In this document: piece after piece, positions 9,919 through 18,819 of the stretch
Numbering within the stretch: the first letter of the stretch is position 1
Layout: the number at the start of each line of letters is the position of its first letter
Source of the DNA: a virus
Lineage: Duplodnaviria > Caudoviricetes
Length of the DNA stretch: 32,947 nucleotides
Reading direction: 5' to 3' (one strand)
IMG/VR virus record: IMGVR_UViG_3300018050_000777
Span: 1 to 32,947 of that record
The notes under the pieces: model-generated
The model's database searches: none
Told to the model about the DNA's origin: nothing
Seen by the model: the letters and a program-made list of their open reading frames with translations, nothing else
Program-made: the position numbers and the translations under genes

Positions 9919-10835
9919 CAGATTTGAGAGTACCAGTATTGTGCTGGGTCATCTCCACACTTGAAGCGTTCAAGCCACAGGGAGTTCCTGATGTACTGGT
10001 AAATCTTGGTGGTGTAGCCAGTTCCGTTAGGGATGTGGCTGATGCGTCCAATTCTTAGGAATGCTTGGTTCTCGTCCGTTGCCAGACCCTCGTTGGTTAT
10101 GATGATGGCGACTGTCGGGTACGTCTGGAGCCAGACTGTGACGTTGTTTAGACCAGTGCTTGGGTATCCCGCTGGAGAGTTGTTTACAGTACCCTCGCTG
10201 ACATGGAAGGTGTCAAAGCCCTCGTCCTTGACGATTTGGAATGGGTGCGGCTGGGAGGTGTCTCCGCCATTACCGCCACCCCCATCGCCCCCGTCGGGAG
10301 CACAGACGTCGCTACGCCAAATCTGCCTTACAGTCTCTCCGTTGGCAATGTAAGCGATAACGATGTCGCTTTCCGAAATGTCGGCCTCTTCAACCGCAGA
10401 AATGCACCACTTGTTGGTGTCTGGATTGTCCGTGTCACGGATGTAGTGAAGGATAATGTACTCGTGCTGGGGGCCAGTCCTAGGCCAAGCGACATAGCCA
10501 TGTATCCCAACCTCGTTGGTCGCATTGGATGTGGTGGCCTTGCCCCTCCCAGCAAGCGACGGACTTCCCTTGTAGTAAATCTTCGCCGAGTTCGTCTTTA
10601 CCGACTTTGGGAAGTACGCCAACTCGGTCTTGTTGTATGCCTGTGCCTTCTGCAAGCCACGATGGGTAATCTTGTTCTGTCCCGCAGGCCAAGAGTTCTG
10701 CGACGATACCCCGTAAACTCCCCCAGACAGGGAGTCATAGACCCTGCCCACATGGCAGACTATGATTTGGGCGTTGGATACCTCTACCTGAAATGGGTAA
10801 GGCCTCTCAGCACCAGATGTCCTGATGCCAATCAT
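9918..10835 (-). CDS. Putative tail protein with two related domains, 305 aa
   Basis: PYPFQV and PHPFQI motifs open two halves separated by a GGDGGGGNGG linker. Confidence 0.55.
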   Translation of the reverse strand: MIGIRTSGAERPYPFQVEVSNAQIIVCHVGRVYDSLSGGVYGVSSQNSWPAGQNKITHRGLQKAQAYNKTELAYFPKSVKTNSAKIYYKGSPSLAGRGKATTSNATNEVGIHGYVAWPRTGPQHEYIILHYIRDTDNPDTNKWCISAVEEADISESDIVIAYIANGETVRQIWRSDVCAPDGGDGGGGNGGDTSQPHPFQIVKDEGFDTFHVSEGTVNNSPAGYPSTGLNNVTVWLQTYPTVAIIITNEGLATDENQAFLRIGRISHIPNGTGYTTKIYQYIRNSLWLERFKCGDDPAQYWYSQI

Positions 10836-10840
10836 CGCCC

Positions 10841-11065
10841 TTACTTAGCCTTAGGCTCCACGTAGGTCAGGCCGTCCGCCTTGAACTGGGCAAGCAGTTC
10901 CTCCTTGGTGTTCTTGACCAGCAACTTAAGGAGGGTTTTTGCGTTACCGCCGCCCTTGAACTCGGCGACGAAGACCACTCGCTTGCTCTGCTCGTGGACG
11001 AATGCGACCCACTTGCCCTTCTCGATGGGCGTGGGGGTGAGGTTCTTGATTTCTTCAGGTTCCAT
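10841..11065 (-). CDS. Small hypothetical protein, 74 aa (possible fibre chaperone)
   Basis: Fills the gap downstream of the fibre-like gene; typical codon usage. Confidence 0.55.
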   Translation of the reverse strand: MEPEEIKNLTPTPIEKGKWVAFVHEQSKRVVFVAEFKGGGNAKTLLKLLVKNTKEELLAQFKADGLTYVEPKAK

Positions 11066-11068
11066 AAA

Positions 11069-12175
11069 TTAGGAGGTGTAAGTATAGGTGGTATAGCCGC
11101 CGTTGCCGTCGTAATAATGAGTCCAGTTAGTGTAGTACGTGTAACCATTCTCGTTGCCCCATTCGTCGTAAGTTCCGTCACCCACAAAAGTCGAGTACTG
11201 ACCATTGGCAATTTGGTCTCCCGAAGTGGCGTTCCAAGACCAGCAGTTCTGTGTATTGAAATTGCAGTTTCCGTCGGCTACATACGAGCAACCGCTAGAA
11301 CTATAGGTAAATTGCCCACCATAACTTCCGTCTTGTGGGTAGTACCAATCTAGGTTGCTTGAGGAATCGTCGGAGTAACTATAGCCGTACGGGGCACATC
11401 CAGTTTGAGCGGTACCAGAACCATTGTAGAAAAAGAATTCTCCGTTGCACTCTCCAAGGTATGTGCCAGCCGAAGTAGTTTCGTAAGAATATTCATTCGC
11501 ACCATAACTGCTACCCTGCCCGTCCGAGTAATTGTCATAAGTCACGTACCCGTAGGCGTGAGAGAGATTGCAACTGCTGAAAGTCATTTCCAAGTTATAT
11601 GAACCTGAATCGATGTACGTTCCAACAGGCGGGTAAGGCGTATTGTCATACGCCAACTCGATAGACGGGCCAGACAAGTTAAAGTAGACTGACCACCTGT
11701 AGACTGGGTTTCCGTTCACATACCCGTCCAATTGCTGGTCTACAGTCTGCCCGTCCACATAGTTGTAAGATACGTATTCCGAGACATAGTTTATTCCCGT
11801 GCCGTCTTCGATGTTGTAACTGTGAAAAGTGCCAGCAGTTACGTTGCCAGAGGCGACAGTGCCATTAGACAGGTAAAAGTTGTAACTTAGGGTTGAGGGT
11901 ACGTTGTAGTGACTAGTCACCCATCCAGCGGGAAGGTACTGAAGGCCCCAAGTCTCTACAGGATTCTGACCTCCGTTGCCGTCCGCATAGACAGTCGTGC
12001 TATACGGCATGTAGAACGAGTTGCCTACGTAGTCCTGTTCGTACCTGCTGGTGTCAGTCGGACCAGACAGGATGGTGCCAACCTCTGGAACTCCGTCAAA
12101 ATCACTCGACGTGCCATTGAGGTTGGCCTCGTTATCGTGAGGGCCACCCAGTCTTAAGTCGCCCTTGAACGGCAT
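11069..12175 (-). CDS. Putative tail fibre/receptor-binding protein, 368 aa, Tyr/Gly/Ser/Asn-rich
   Basis: Recurring YxDGxG and PxxGT motifs; almost no Lys/Arg. Confidence 0.55.
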   Translation of the reverse strand: MPFKGDLRLGGPHDNEANLNGTSSDFDGVPEVGTILSGPTDTSRYEQDYVGNSFYMPYSTTVYADGNGGQNPVETWGLQYLPAGWVTSHYNVPSTLSYNFYLSNGTVASGNVTAGTFHSYNIEDGTGINYVSEYVSYNYVDGQTVDQQLDGYVNGNPVYRWSVYFNLSGPSIELAYDNTPYPPVGTYIDSGSYNLEMTFSSCNLSHAYGYVTYDNYSDGQGSSYGANEYSYETTSAGTYLGECNGEFFFYNGSGTAQTGCAPYGYSYSDDSSSNLDWYYPQDGSYGGQFTYSSSGCSYVADGNCNFNTQNCWSWNATSGDQIANGQYSTFVGDGTYDEWGNENGYTYYTNWTHYYDGNGGYTTYTYTS

Positions 12176-12468
12176 TACTGTGCGTAGTAGTAGATGTAGC
12201 CTTCGCCCTGCACCCAGACCTCGCCGTTGTAACCATTCAGTTCAAACGAACCGCCGTCATGCTTGTTGACGTTCTTTTCGTGAGGAATGACGATAGGGGA
12301 GCCAGCACCATCGGGCTGGAGCCAGACGTTAAGGAGCACGGAATCGCTCGTGTTGACGATGCCGAACACACGCCTGCTCCTGACGGCGTCAAGTGCCTTG
12401 ATTTTGGTGCCTCCGTTGAAGACTTTGACGTCTACACGGGGGATTTGATACGGGAGGTCTTTGCTCAT
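12175..12468 (-). CDS. Small beta-rich virion protein, 97 aa
   Basis: 'RRVFGIVNTSDSVLLNV...GGSFEL..YNGEV' jelly-roll-like pattern; coupled ORF. Confidence 0.55.
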   Translation of the reverse strand: MSKDLPYQIPRVDVKVFNGGTKIKALDAVRSRRVFGIVNTSDSVLLNVWLQPDGAGSPIVIPHEKNVNKHDGGSFELNGYNGEVWVQGEGYIYYYAQ

Positions 12469-12469
12469 G

Positions 12470-13213
12470 TTAGTAATTTCGGAAATTTATCGGCCTCGTC
12501 GAGCCCTGTTGGCGGAGCGTCTGGTCGAGGGCCGAGTCGAGGGCTTTTGCGTAATCGGCCTCCGCCGCTTGGGCGGCTTCGAGTTCGTTGGTAGAACGAC
12601 GGAAATCGGCGTGGACTCCGTGGATAAGGGCGTTGGCGAAGAGTTTTGGGATTTGGATTCGTTCCCAAGAACCAATTGTAGGAATTGAACCAGTGCCCGA
12701 CGGAGTTGTGCCAGTGTAGACATAGAAATCGCCCTGAACAGGGTATCCAGAGACGGGAATCAGGGAGCCGCTTTCGCTTCCAGAGTCGTAATAGACCTGA
12801 GCATTGGGCCTGTAAGAGACATCCGTCTTCCAAGAATCGCCATAAAGGCGAGGGGATTCCTTGCGGGACTCCACCCAGACGTCAGCCTGCTGAAATCGGA
12901 GGTTGATGACGTTGTCAATCAGGTCGAAGTCCTTTTGCGTAGCAGAGCGGGCAAGCGGGTCCCTGTCCCAGATGGTCAGAACCTGTCCAATCTTAGGGTC
13001 GAAGGCCACCACACGGCGTTCGCCGACGAGATTTACCGAGCACTTGGTGATGACCTTGAGGTCAGTCCACTCATTGGACTCCCAAATGGTCCTGAGACGC
13101 ATGGAGGCAAGGTCCCTGACCATGGCGAACCTCTCAGGGGTCGTCAGGCTCCTGTCCAGACCGCAGATTTGCAGGCTGGCATGCAGAATGTCGCTGAAAT
13201 TGACTGAACGCAT
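12470..13213 (-). CDS. Head-tail adaptor / tail tubular A-like protein, about 247 aa
   Basis: Start MRSVNFSDIL via TAATG overlap. 'R...IWE..EW' N-terminus and 'IPKLFANALIHGVHADF' C-terminus; located shortly after the MCP. Confidence 0.6.
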   Translation of the reverse strand: MRSVNFSDILHASLQICGLDRSLTTPERFAMVRDLASMRLRTIWESNEWTDLKVITKCSVNLVGERRVVAFDPKIGQVLTIWDRDPLARSATQKDFDLIDNVINLRFQQADVWVESRKESPRLYGDSWKTDVSYRPNAQVYYDSGSESGSLIPVSGYPVQGDFYVYTGTTPSGTGSIPTIGSWERIQIPKLFANALIHGVHADFRRSTNELEAAQAAEADYAKALDSALDQTLRQQGSTRPINFRNY

Positions 13214-13563
13214 TAAGAAAGTGAACGGCCGAAGCCGTCTACGAGAAGCGTGGTGTTCTCCGCTTTGGAGTTCACCCTGCACTCGGGGTTATCACGAAGG
13301 AATTCCTTCATGAAACCATCGTCACGCCAGCATTGGTATCCGAGCCTCATCCCCCAGTAATGGTAGGACTCCTCAGGGATACGTGCCGACAGTTGGCCAA
13401 GACCTTCAACGTGACGATGTTGAAGTTGGTTGAATTGGGCTAATGCCTTTTTAGTGGCGACTGCCGTTGCTTTACGGAGTGCCCACCCCCGACGGAACTC
13501 AGTGACCATCGCTGGTATGAGTTCGTCGGGGATGTGCTCGTGGATGGATTCAAGACCAGCCAC
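13213..13563 (-). CDS. Hypothetical protein after MCP, 116 aa
   Basis: GTG start; 'LSARIP..Y..W.....CW.D..F..EFLRDNPE' pattern, of a kind often seen just after capsid genes. Confidence 0.65.
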   Translation of the reverse strand: MAGLESIHEHIPDELIPAMVTEFRRGWALRKATAVATKKALAQFNQLQHRHVEGLGQLSARIPEESYHYWGMRLGYQCWRDDGFMKEFLRDNPECRVNSKAENTTLLVDGFGRSLS

Positions 13564-13574
13564 GTCCCGTCGAA

Positions 13575-15029
13575 TTAGGCGTTGTTAGCCTTGTAGTCGA
13601 ACATGCCGAACGTCAGGGGGCTGTGGACCAGCAGAGCGGCCATAGCCTCCATCATGCGGCGAGGACCGCCACCATTCTCGGTGAGTTCCCTGACCTGAGC
13701 GATGTTACCGCCGTAACGGACTTCGAGATAGTCCCACGGGATAATGAAGCCCTTGCACTTGGCATTTTCGAGGTGCAGGTTAGCACGATACTTGGCGAGG
13801 GCCAGAGCGGCGGCGTTGTTAGCGGCCTGTTCAGTGGCGTTGGCACCAGTGGCGGCAACGATGGACAGGTTGTTAGCGGTCAGGGCGTTGCCAGCGGCGG
13901 CGAGCATCGTGGCCTTGGCGGCGTTGAGGCCAGCCGAGGAGACAGTGATGGCACCAGAGGTGTTGCCGTCGCTCGTCAGAGCCTTGACTCGGTTGGTTTC
14001 CGTACCCTGATGGCCGTCGTACAGAGTGCACGTAAGGATACCAGAGGTGACAGTTTCCTTGATGCCGTACGGGTTGACGCCCGCATGGAGGAACTGGGTC
14101 GGGATAAGAGCCAACTTACCGAAGTCGCCCTCGAAGTAGTCCACGGACGCCTTGATGCTGTCCGAGGACGCATCACGGGTCGAGCGGATGCCAGACTGGG
14201 CAGGCGTACCAGCAGGGGCACGGGTCGTGTAGACCAGTTCCGTGAACTGACGCTTCAGTTTGGTGCCGACGACGGCTTCGTGGTTCTTGAACTGGCCAGT
14301 CTGCTCATAGACCGAGGTCATGAGGTCCTGAACAGTGTTTTCGTTCAGTTGGTCAACGGCGAGACCAGTACCGACGATGGACGACTCAGGGGTGCAGAAG
14401 TTTTCGTCGATGGAACGAATCTGCTGGTTCTGGACGCCGTACTTGTCGGCATTGGTGGTGGCGATAGCCTTGTCCTTCTTAATCCAAGAAGTGAGGCATC
14501 GGGTGCGGTACGGGGTCGTACCATCGTCGATGGCGGGCATGATGTCCGAGGTGAAGGTGATTTCCATCGAACGCTTGAGGTCGATGGTGGCCTTCGCCAA
14601 CTGACGGGAGAGTTCGTCCTTAACACCAGCGATGTTGAGGATGTCCTGCGTCAGGTTGGAAACGTGAACGGCACGGCGGAAGAGGTGGATGTTGTTCTCC
14701 ACTTCAGTGCGGTAGCCGAGGGTGTACTGCTTGAAGTCAGCGTTGGTGCTCGGGCTGGTAGGGTCAACGTCCTTGCCGTCGAGGATGCCGAGTTCGACCG
14801 AGGGGTCGGGATTGCGGTCAACCTGCCAGCGGAACGTAGTATTTCCAGGCTTGGAACCACGCTTAGCCATGGAGGAGATGGGGGTCTCCTTGGCATCGAC
14901 GTTGGTGATGAGGTCCGAGAGTTCTTCACGGATACCGATTGCACCAGTCCTGAAGCCGCTACGGGCATCGACGTCGCCCTGCTGGACAGGACGCTTGTTC
15001 TGGAATTGGGACTCGAATAGAGAGGCCAT
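13575..15029 (-). CDS. Major capsid protein (DUF5309/SU10-like, HK97 fold), 484 aa
   Basis: 'GIREELSDLITNVDAKETPISSM', 'FRWQVD', 'N..HLFRR...VS', 'E...QLAKA..DLKRSME' and 'VDYFEGDFG' motifs; follows the scaffold gene. Confidence 0.85.
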   Translation of the reverse strand: MASLFESQFQNKRPVQQGDVDARSGFRTGAIGIREELSDLITNVDAKETPISSMAKRGSKPGNTTFRWQVDRNPDPSVELGILDGKDVDPTSPSTNADFKQYTLGYRTEVENNIHLFRRAVHVSNLTQDILNIAGVKDELSRQLAKATIDLKRSMEITFTSDIMPAIDDGTTPYRTRCLTSWIKKDKAIATTNADKYGVQNQQIRSIDENFCTPESSIVGTGLAVDQLNENTVQDLMTSVYEQTGQFKNHEAVVGTKLKRQFTELVYTTRAPAGTPAQSGIRSTRDASSDSIKASVDYFEGDFGKLALIPTQFLHAGVNPYGIKETVTSGILTCTLYDGHQGTETNRVKALTSDGNTSGAITVSSAGLNAAKATMLAAAGNALTANNLSIVAATGANATEQAANNAAALALAKYRANLHLENAKCKGFIIPWDYLEVRYGGNIAQVRELTENGGGPRRMMEAMAALLVHSPLTFGMFDYKANNA

Positions 15030-15051
15030 AGTGATGATGATTTTGGGTTTC

Positions 15052-16029
15052 TCAGACGAACTTGTTTCGGAACACGTCGCTCAAATCGTCAAGGGAGGAC
15101 GACTGCCTGTAGCGGGATTCTGCCAACTTGGCTTTGACGACGTCAGGCTTTCGGGCCTGAGCGGACGGCATCACTGAGTTGGAGGGCTGTACGGGTACAC
15201 GCTGAGTCGGCTGGCCAGTTCTGGCCGACGCCTTCTGCTGTTGGTAAGACACCATGCCATTGGCAAGGTGAGCGGCGTAGATTTCGTAGTCAGGGAACTT
15301 GGTGACTTCAGGAACGGCATCAATGAAACGCTTGGCCATGATGGCCCGCTTATCACTGGGGTCGTTGAGCCACGGGAATTCCTTGCGAGCGGTGGCCTTG
15401 TAGACCTTGCTCTTCTCCACGTAGTCTAACTGCTTGGGGAGGTAGTCCTCGATGGCACGGAGAGCGTTGACCTTGGCCTTCGCAATCTGGTCCTTGTCGA
15501 TGGGTTCCTTCCCGTCTTCGTAGTATCCGTCAGGGTAACGTTCGCAAAACAGGCGGATTTCCTTCTGCCTCTCGTACTCGGCCTCGATTTTTTCCTCCGA
15601 ATCCAGTTTGCCGAAAGGGTTGTTGGCATTCTGGGGAGTGGCCTGACGACGCTTGAGAGACTCAAGTTCTTCCTCTAGTTTTTGTGCACGTTCCTCAGCC
15701 TCTTTCCGCTGGGCGGTCAACTTGGAGATACGCTTGTCCACGCCCTTAGGCTGGACCTGTCGCTCCTCGTTTTCCTGCTCATACGATTCTGCTTCGGTGT
15801 TCTCGGTTGCGACTTCGGCCTCGTCTGAGACGGCCTCGTCCACCTGTTCCTCGGGTTCAACAGCCTGAGGTTCTGCTCCTTGCGGGCCGTCTGCAAGGGC
15901 TCGCCCAAAGAATTGGGAGAGTTTTTCATCATCGGCGAGGTCGGCGGGCTCGCTCTGTTGGGCCATGAGCGGATTAATCTCGGGCTCAAGTCCGAGAGGT
16001 TCGGTGTTATCCGTGTTGTTAGGGTCCAT
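15052..16029 (-). CDS. Capsid scaffolding protein, 325 aa
   Basis: Acidic N-terminus, 'GVDKRISKLTAQRKEAEERA' coiled coil; directly upstream of the MCP. Confidence 0.8.
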   Translation of the reverse strand: MDPNNTDNTEPLGLEPEINPLMAQQSEPADLADDEKLSQFFGRALADGPQGAEPQAVEPEEQVDEAVSDEAEVATENTEAESYEQENEERQVQPKGVDKRISKLTAQRKEAEERAQKLEEELESLKRRQATPQNANNPFGKLDSEEKIEAEYERQKEIRLFCERYPDGYYEDGKEPIDKDQIAKAKVNALRAIEDYLPKQLDYVEKSKVYKATARKEFPWLNDPSDKRAIMAKRFIDAVPEVTKFPDYEIYAAHLANGMVSYQQQKASARTGQPTQRVPVQPSNSVMPSAQARKPDVVKAKLAESRYRQSSSLDDLSDVFRNKFV

Positions 16030-16105
16030 AGTCAGCGTTACTTAGCACGCAGAAGTAGTCGTAAAGATGTACGTTTGGGGTTCGTTGCAAGAGGCGACAG
16101 ACTCG

Positions 16106-16372
16106 TCAGCCGTTTTGGGTGGGATTGACCTGCTTTCCTTCCCTGACTTTGGTCATCAGGTCCCTGTTTGCCTGAAACAGCCTGAGCATGTCGTTGAGGG
16201 CGGATACTCTGCCACTGTAGTGTGCTCGCTCCTCTCCGACTACCTTCGGGTCCATGACCCTGATGAGGTCATTCTGGAAGGATTCATCGGACAGGATGAG
16301 CACGGCCTTGTAGAGGGCCTCTGCGTCTGCGTTCACGAACCCGAACGCCTTGGTGTTTTCGTCGATTATCAT
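16106..16372 (-). CDS. Small protein between portal and scaffold, 88 aa
   Basis: Helical, 'RAHYSGRVSALNDM' pattern; typical position. Confidence 0.6.
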   Translation of the reverse strand: MIIDENTKAFGFVNADAEALYKAVLILSDESFQNDLIRVMDPKVVGEERAHYSGRVSALNDMLRLFQANRDLMTKVREGKQVNPTQNG

Positions 16373-16375
16373 GGC

Positions 16376-18628
16376 TTAGAGCATTCCCATGGACTGGAGG
16401 GGGGACGGGACGCCACCCTGAGGGACCTGTTGCGGTGCCTGCGGGGCGGCTCCCTGCTGGGGTGCCTGCTCGGCCATGGCTTCGCCCATCTCCTGCTGAA
16501 TCTGGTCGGAGGCAGGCGAGACGCCGATACGGCCGATGGTCTTGTTCTTCTGCTGTTCGACAGACATCTGCAGGTTCTTGGAGTAGTTCTCCAACAGAAT
16601 CTGGAACACCCTGTCGCCCTGAGCGGCCTGAGCCGCCTTCGGGTTCTTCTGGAGGATTTCCTGAAGGTACTGCATCTTGGACTCGGCGGCAGGGTCGTTT
16701 TCGACGTACAGGGCCTCGTTGCCCAGCATCATCATGCCGACGTCGTTGATGACGTCCTTGTACAGTTTCTGGGACGCAGTGGTCTGGTCGATGACCAGTT
16801 CCCTTGCGGCGTCAGGAGAGATAGCCTCGATGACCAACTTGACGAGTTTGTTCCTGTCGATGACGCCACCACTGTCGAGCGGCACCACAGTCTCGACGAT
16901 GGACTTAAGTTTCTCCATGACGAACTCGGGGTCGGTATCCCTGACGTCGAACCTGACGTTGAAGTCGTACTGGCTGTGGATGTCAGACATGTTCTGTTTG
17001 AGCGGTGCACCCGTGATGCGGGTCACCTCCTCCTCTGGCATGAACTGCAGGCACAGGGAGAACAATTGCTTGTACGCTTGGGTCCAGAACTGGAGCCAGT
17101 TGTTCACCTGCAACTGTTGCATCATGCGTACCTTGTTCGGGTCGATGGTCTCTCCGACGATGAAGCCGTAGAAGTTCCCGAGGTTGGTCTCAATCTGCTG
17201 GATGATGCTGATTGCGTACTCGGCTTTACCCTGAGGAGGGTCCATCCAAGTGTAGTCATCCTTGGTCGAAACTGGAAGCACTTGCCCCGGAGCAATCCTG
17301 TTCAAGGCACCAACCCTCTTGACCACTTTTACTGGCGGCATGATTTCGAGTGCGGTCCTGTCACGGAACGCATCGTGCTGTGCCTTTACTTCGTCCTGTT
17401 CCGTCTTGGAGATTTCAGGAATGCCACGGCTTTCGGTCACCTGACGTCGGGTCATTTCGAACCTAATGGACACGAAAGGATACTCGCCATGGGCGTAGTT
17501 CAGCATGTCTTGGATGGCGTACAGGTCGTTTCCGACGTGCGGCGAGAAGACAGTGTAGTAGATGGCGGCGATGTCGCTCTCGTCCAACTGCCTGTAGTAA
17601 GCCCAGACCACCTCGATGAGGTTGTCGCCACGCTGGACGTTAGAGTTCAGCATCGTGGTGGTAGGCACGAGGTTTGGGTCGTTGAAGTAGAAGTGGTTGC
17701 CAGAGGTCTTCACGGCCGCTTCAATGAACTCAGGGTCCCATCCAGCGTTCTTCTGCATGGAGCGGAGTTCGACTTCGGTCATGTACTGCCTGCGGAAGAT
17801 GACACGGGCCTCCTGCAGGTCGCTCGTCTCTGGAGGGAAGCAGACTTCGTCAAACGGCTTCAACGCCGTGACCTTCGGAAGGTTCTTCTGGATGTATACC
17901 TCCTCAAGTTCGCCCTGACCTTCCTCACGCATCTTGACGATGAACTTGCGGATGTCCTTCTGCTTCATCTGCGGGAGCACCTGCTTGCAGAGTTCCATGG
18001 CGTACTCTTCCTTCTCTGGGTTCTGCAGTGCGGCGATGAGTTCGCCTGTGACTCCGCCCTGACCCATGGCCTCCTCCTGCTGTTGGACGGCCATCAGTTC
18101 TTCCATGGTCATGGTCTGACGCCTGATGCCAATCTTCCTGTCCCACGTAATTTGGGCACAGCACCAGCCGTAGGTGAGCATGTAATCGGCGACCAGTTCG
18201 GCTTCCTTCTGCATCTCGGACTTCAGTTTGGTCTCGACGAGCCAACGCATAAGGTTGGTGGCGGACGAAGCGGCCATAGCGTCATTGACCTCGGTGCCGC
18301 CGACCTTGAGGGTCGAGGCGTTGTAAGAGGTCATCAGCATGGCCTTCTGGTCACGGATAAGCCTGTCAACCAGCCTGACACGGACGTCAGAGGCACCCTC
18401 GAAGGGGAAGGCAGGGTCTCCGTCGGGGCGGGCCCACGAATGCTTCTTGCCGTCGTCGGTCTGGCCAGCCCAGCGGGCGTAGCGGACGTCGTCCGCCCAC
18501 GACATCTTGGACACCATGGTGCCGTGGTAGGCAGACCTCTCGTACTCCTCTAGGAGCGTCTTGATGTCTGGCTTGCGTTCGTGGTAGGCGAGCGGGTCGC
18601 TACCGACCTTGTTAAACTTGTTTTTCAT
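16376..18628 (-). CDS. Portal protein, 750 aa
   Basis: Size, position after terL, 'FPFEGASD', 'HGEYPFV...SRGIPEI' motifs and a Gln/Pro-rich tail typical of podovirus portals. Confidence 0.85.
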   Translation of the reverse strand: MKNKFNKVGSDPLAYHERKPDIKTLLEEYERSAYHGTMVSKMSWADDVRYARWAGQTDDGKKHSWARPDGDPAFPFEGASDVRVRLVDRLIRDQKAMLMTSYNASTLKVGGTEVNDAMAASSATNLMRWLVETKLKSEMQKEAELVADYMLTYGWCCAQITWDRKIGIRRQTMTMEELMAVQQQEEAMGQGGVTGELIAALQNPEKEEYAMELCKQVLPQMKQKDIRKFIVKMREEGQGELEEVYIQKNLPKVTALKPFDEVCFPPETSDLQEARVIFRRQYMTEVELRSMQKNAGWDPEFIEAAVKTSGNHFYFNDPNLVPTTTMLNSNVQRGDNLIEVVWAYYRQLDESDIAAIYYTVFSPHVGNDLYAIQDMLNYAHGEYPFVSIRFEMTRRQVTESRGIPEISKTEQDEVKAQHDAFRDRTALEIMPPVKVVKRVGALNRIAPGQVLPVSTKDDYTWMDPPQGKAEYAISIIQQIETNLGNFYGFIVGETIDPNKVRMMQQLQVNNWLQFWTQAYKQLFSLCLQFMPEEEVTRITGAPLKQNMSDIHSQYDFNVRFDVRDTDPEFVMEKLKSIVETVVPLDSGGVIDRNKLVKLVIEAISPDAARELVIDQTTASQKLYKDVINDVGMMMLGNEALYVENDPAAESKMQYLQEILQKNPKAAQAAQGDRVFQILLENYSKNLQMSVEQQKNKTIGRIGVSPASDQIQQEMGEAMAEQAPQQGAAPQAPQQVPQGGVPSPLQSMGML

Positions 18629-18818
18629 TTACGGGCGGGGTGGAGTTGTTCTTAAGAAAGTTTTCGATGTCGTCCCTGTAGAACATGTGTTGCTTTCCTT
18701 GGGTGCTGAACACACGGAGGGCTTTTTGCCTACGCAGGCGGATGAGGGTGGTCTTGGACAGTCCGTAGTGCCTTGCGGCCTCGGCCAATCTAAGAAGGGG
18801 TGGAATCTTGTTGTTCAT
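18612..18818 (-). CDS. Excisionase-like (HTH_17/MerR-type) DNA-binding protein, about 68 aa
   Basis: 'LLRLAEAARHYGLSKTTLIRLRRQKAL...MFYRDDIENFL'; likely start MNNKIPP just after the terL stop. Confidence 0.7.
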   Translation of the reverse strand: MNNKIPPLLRLAEAARHYGLSKTTLIRLRRQKALRVFSTQGKQHMFYRDDIENFLKNNSTPPVNEKQV

Positions 18819-18819
18819 T

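Noticed and set aside
11069-12175. Possible diversity-generating retroelement target (Tyr/Asn/Ser-rich C-terminus)
   Set aside because: No reverse transcriptase and no template/variable repeat pair seen in the window.
13623-15020. 465-aa plus-strand ORF
   Set aside because: Antisense shadow of the major capsid gene.
16067-18553. 828-aa plus-strand ORF
   Set aside because: Antisense shadow of the portal gene; codon bias on the coding strand suppresses antisense stops and the translation has no protein-like motifs.
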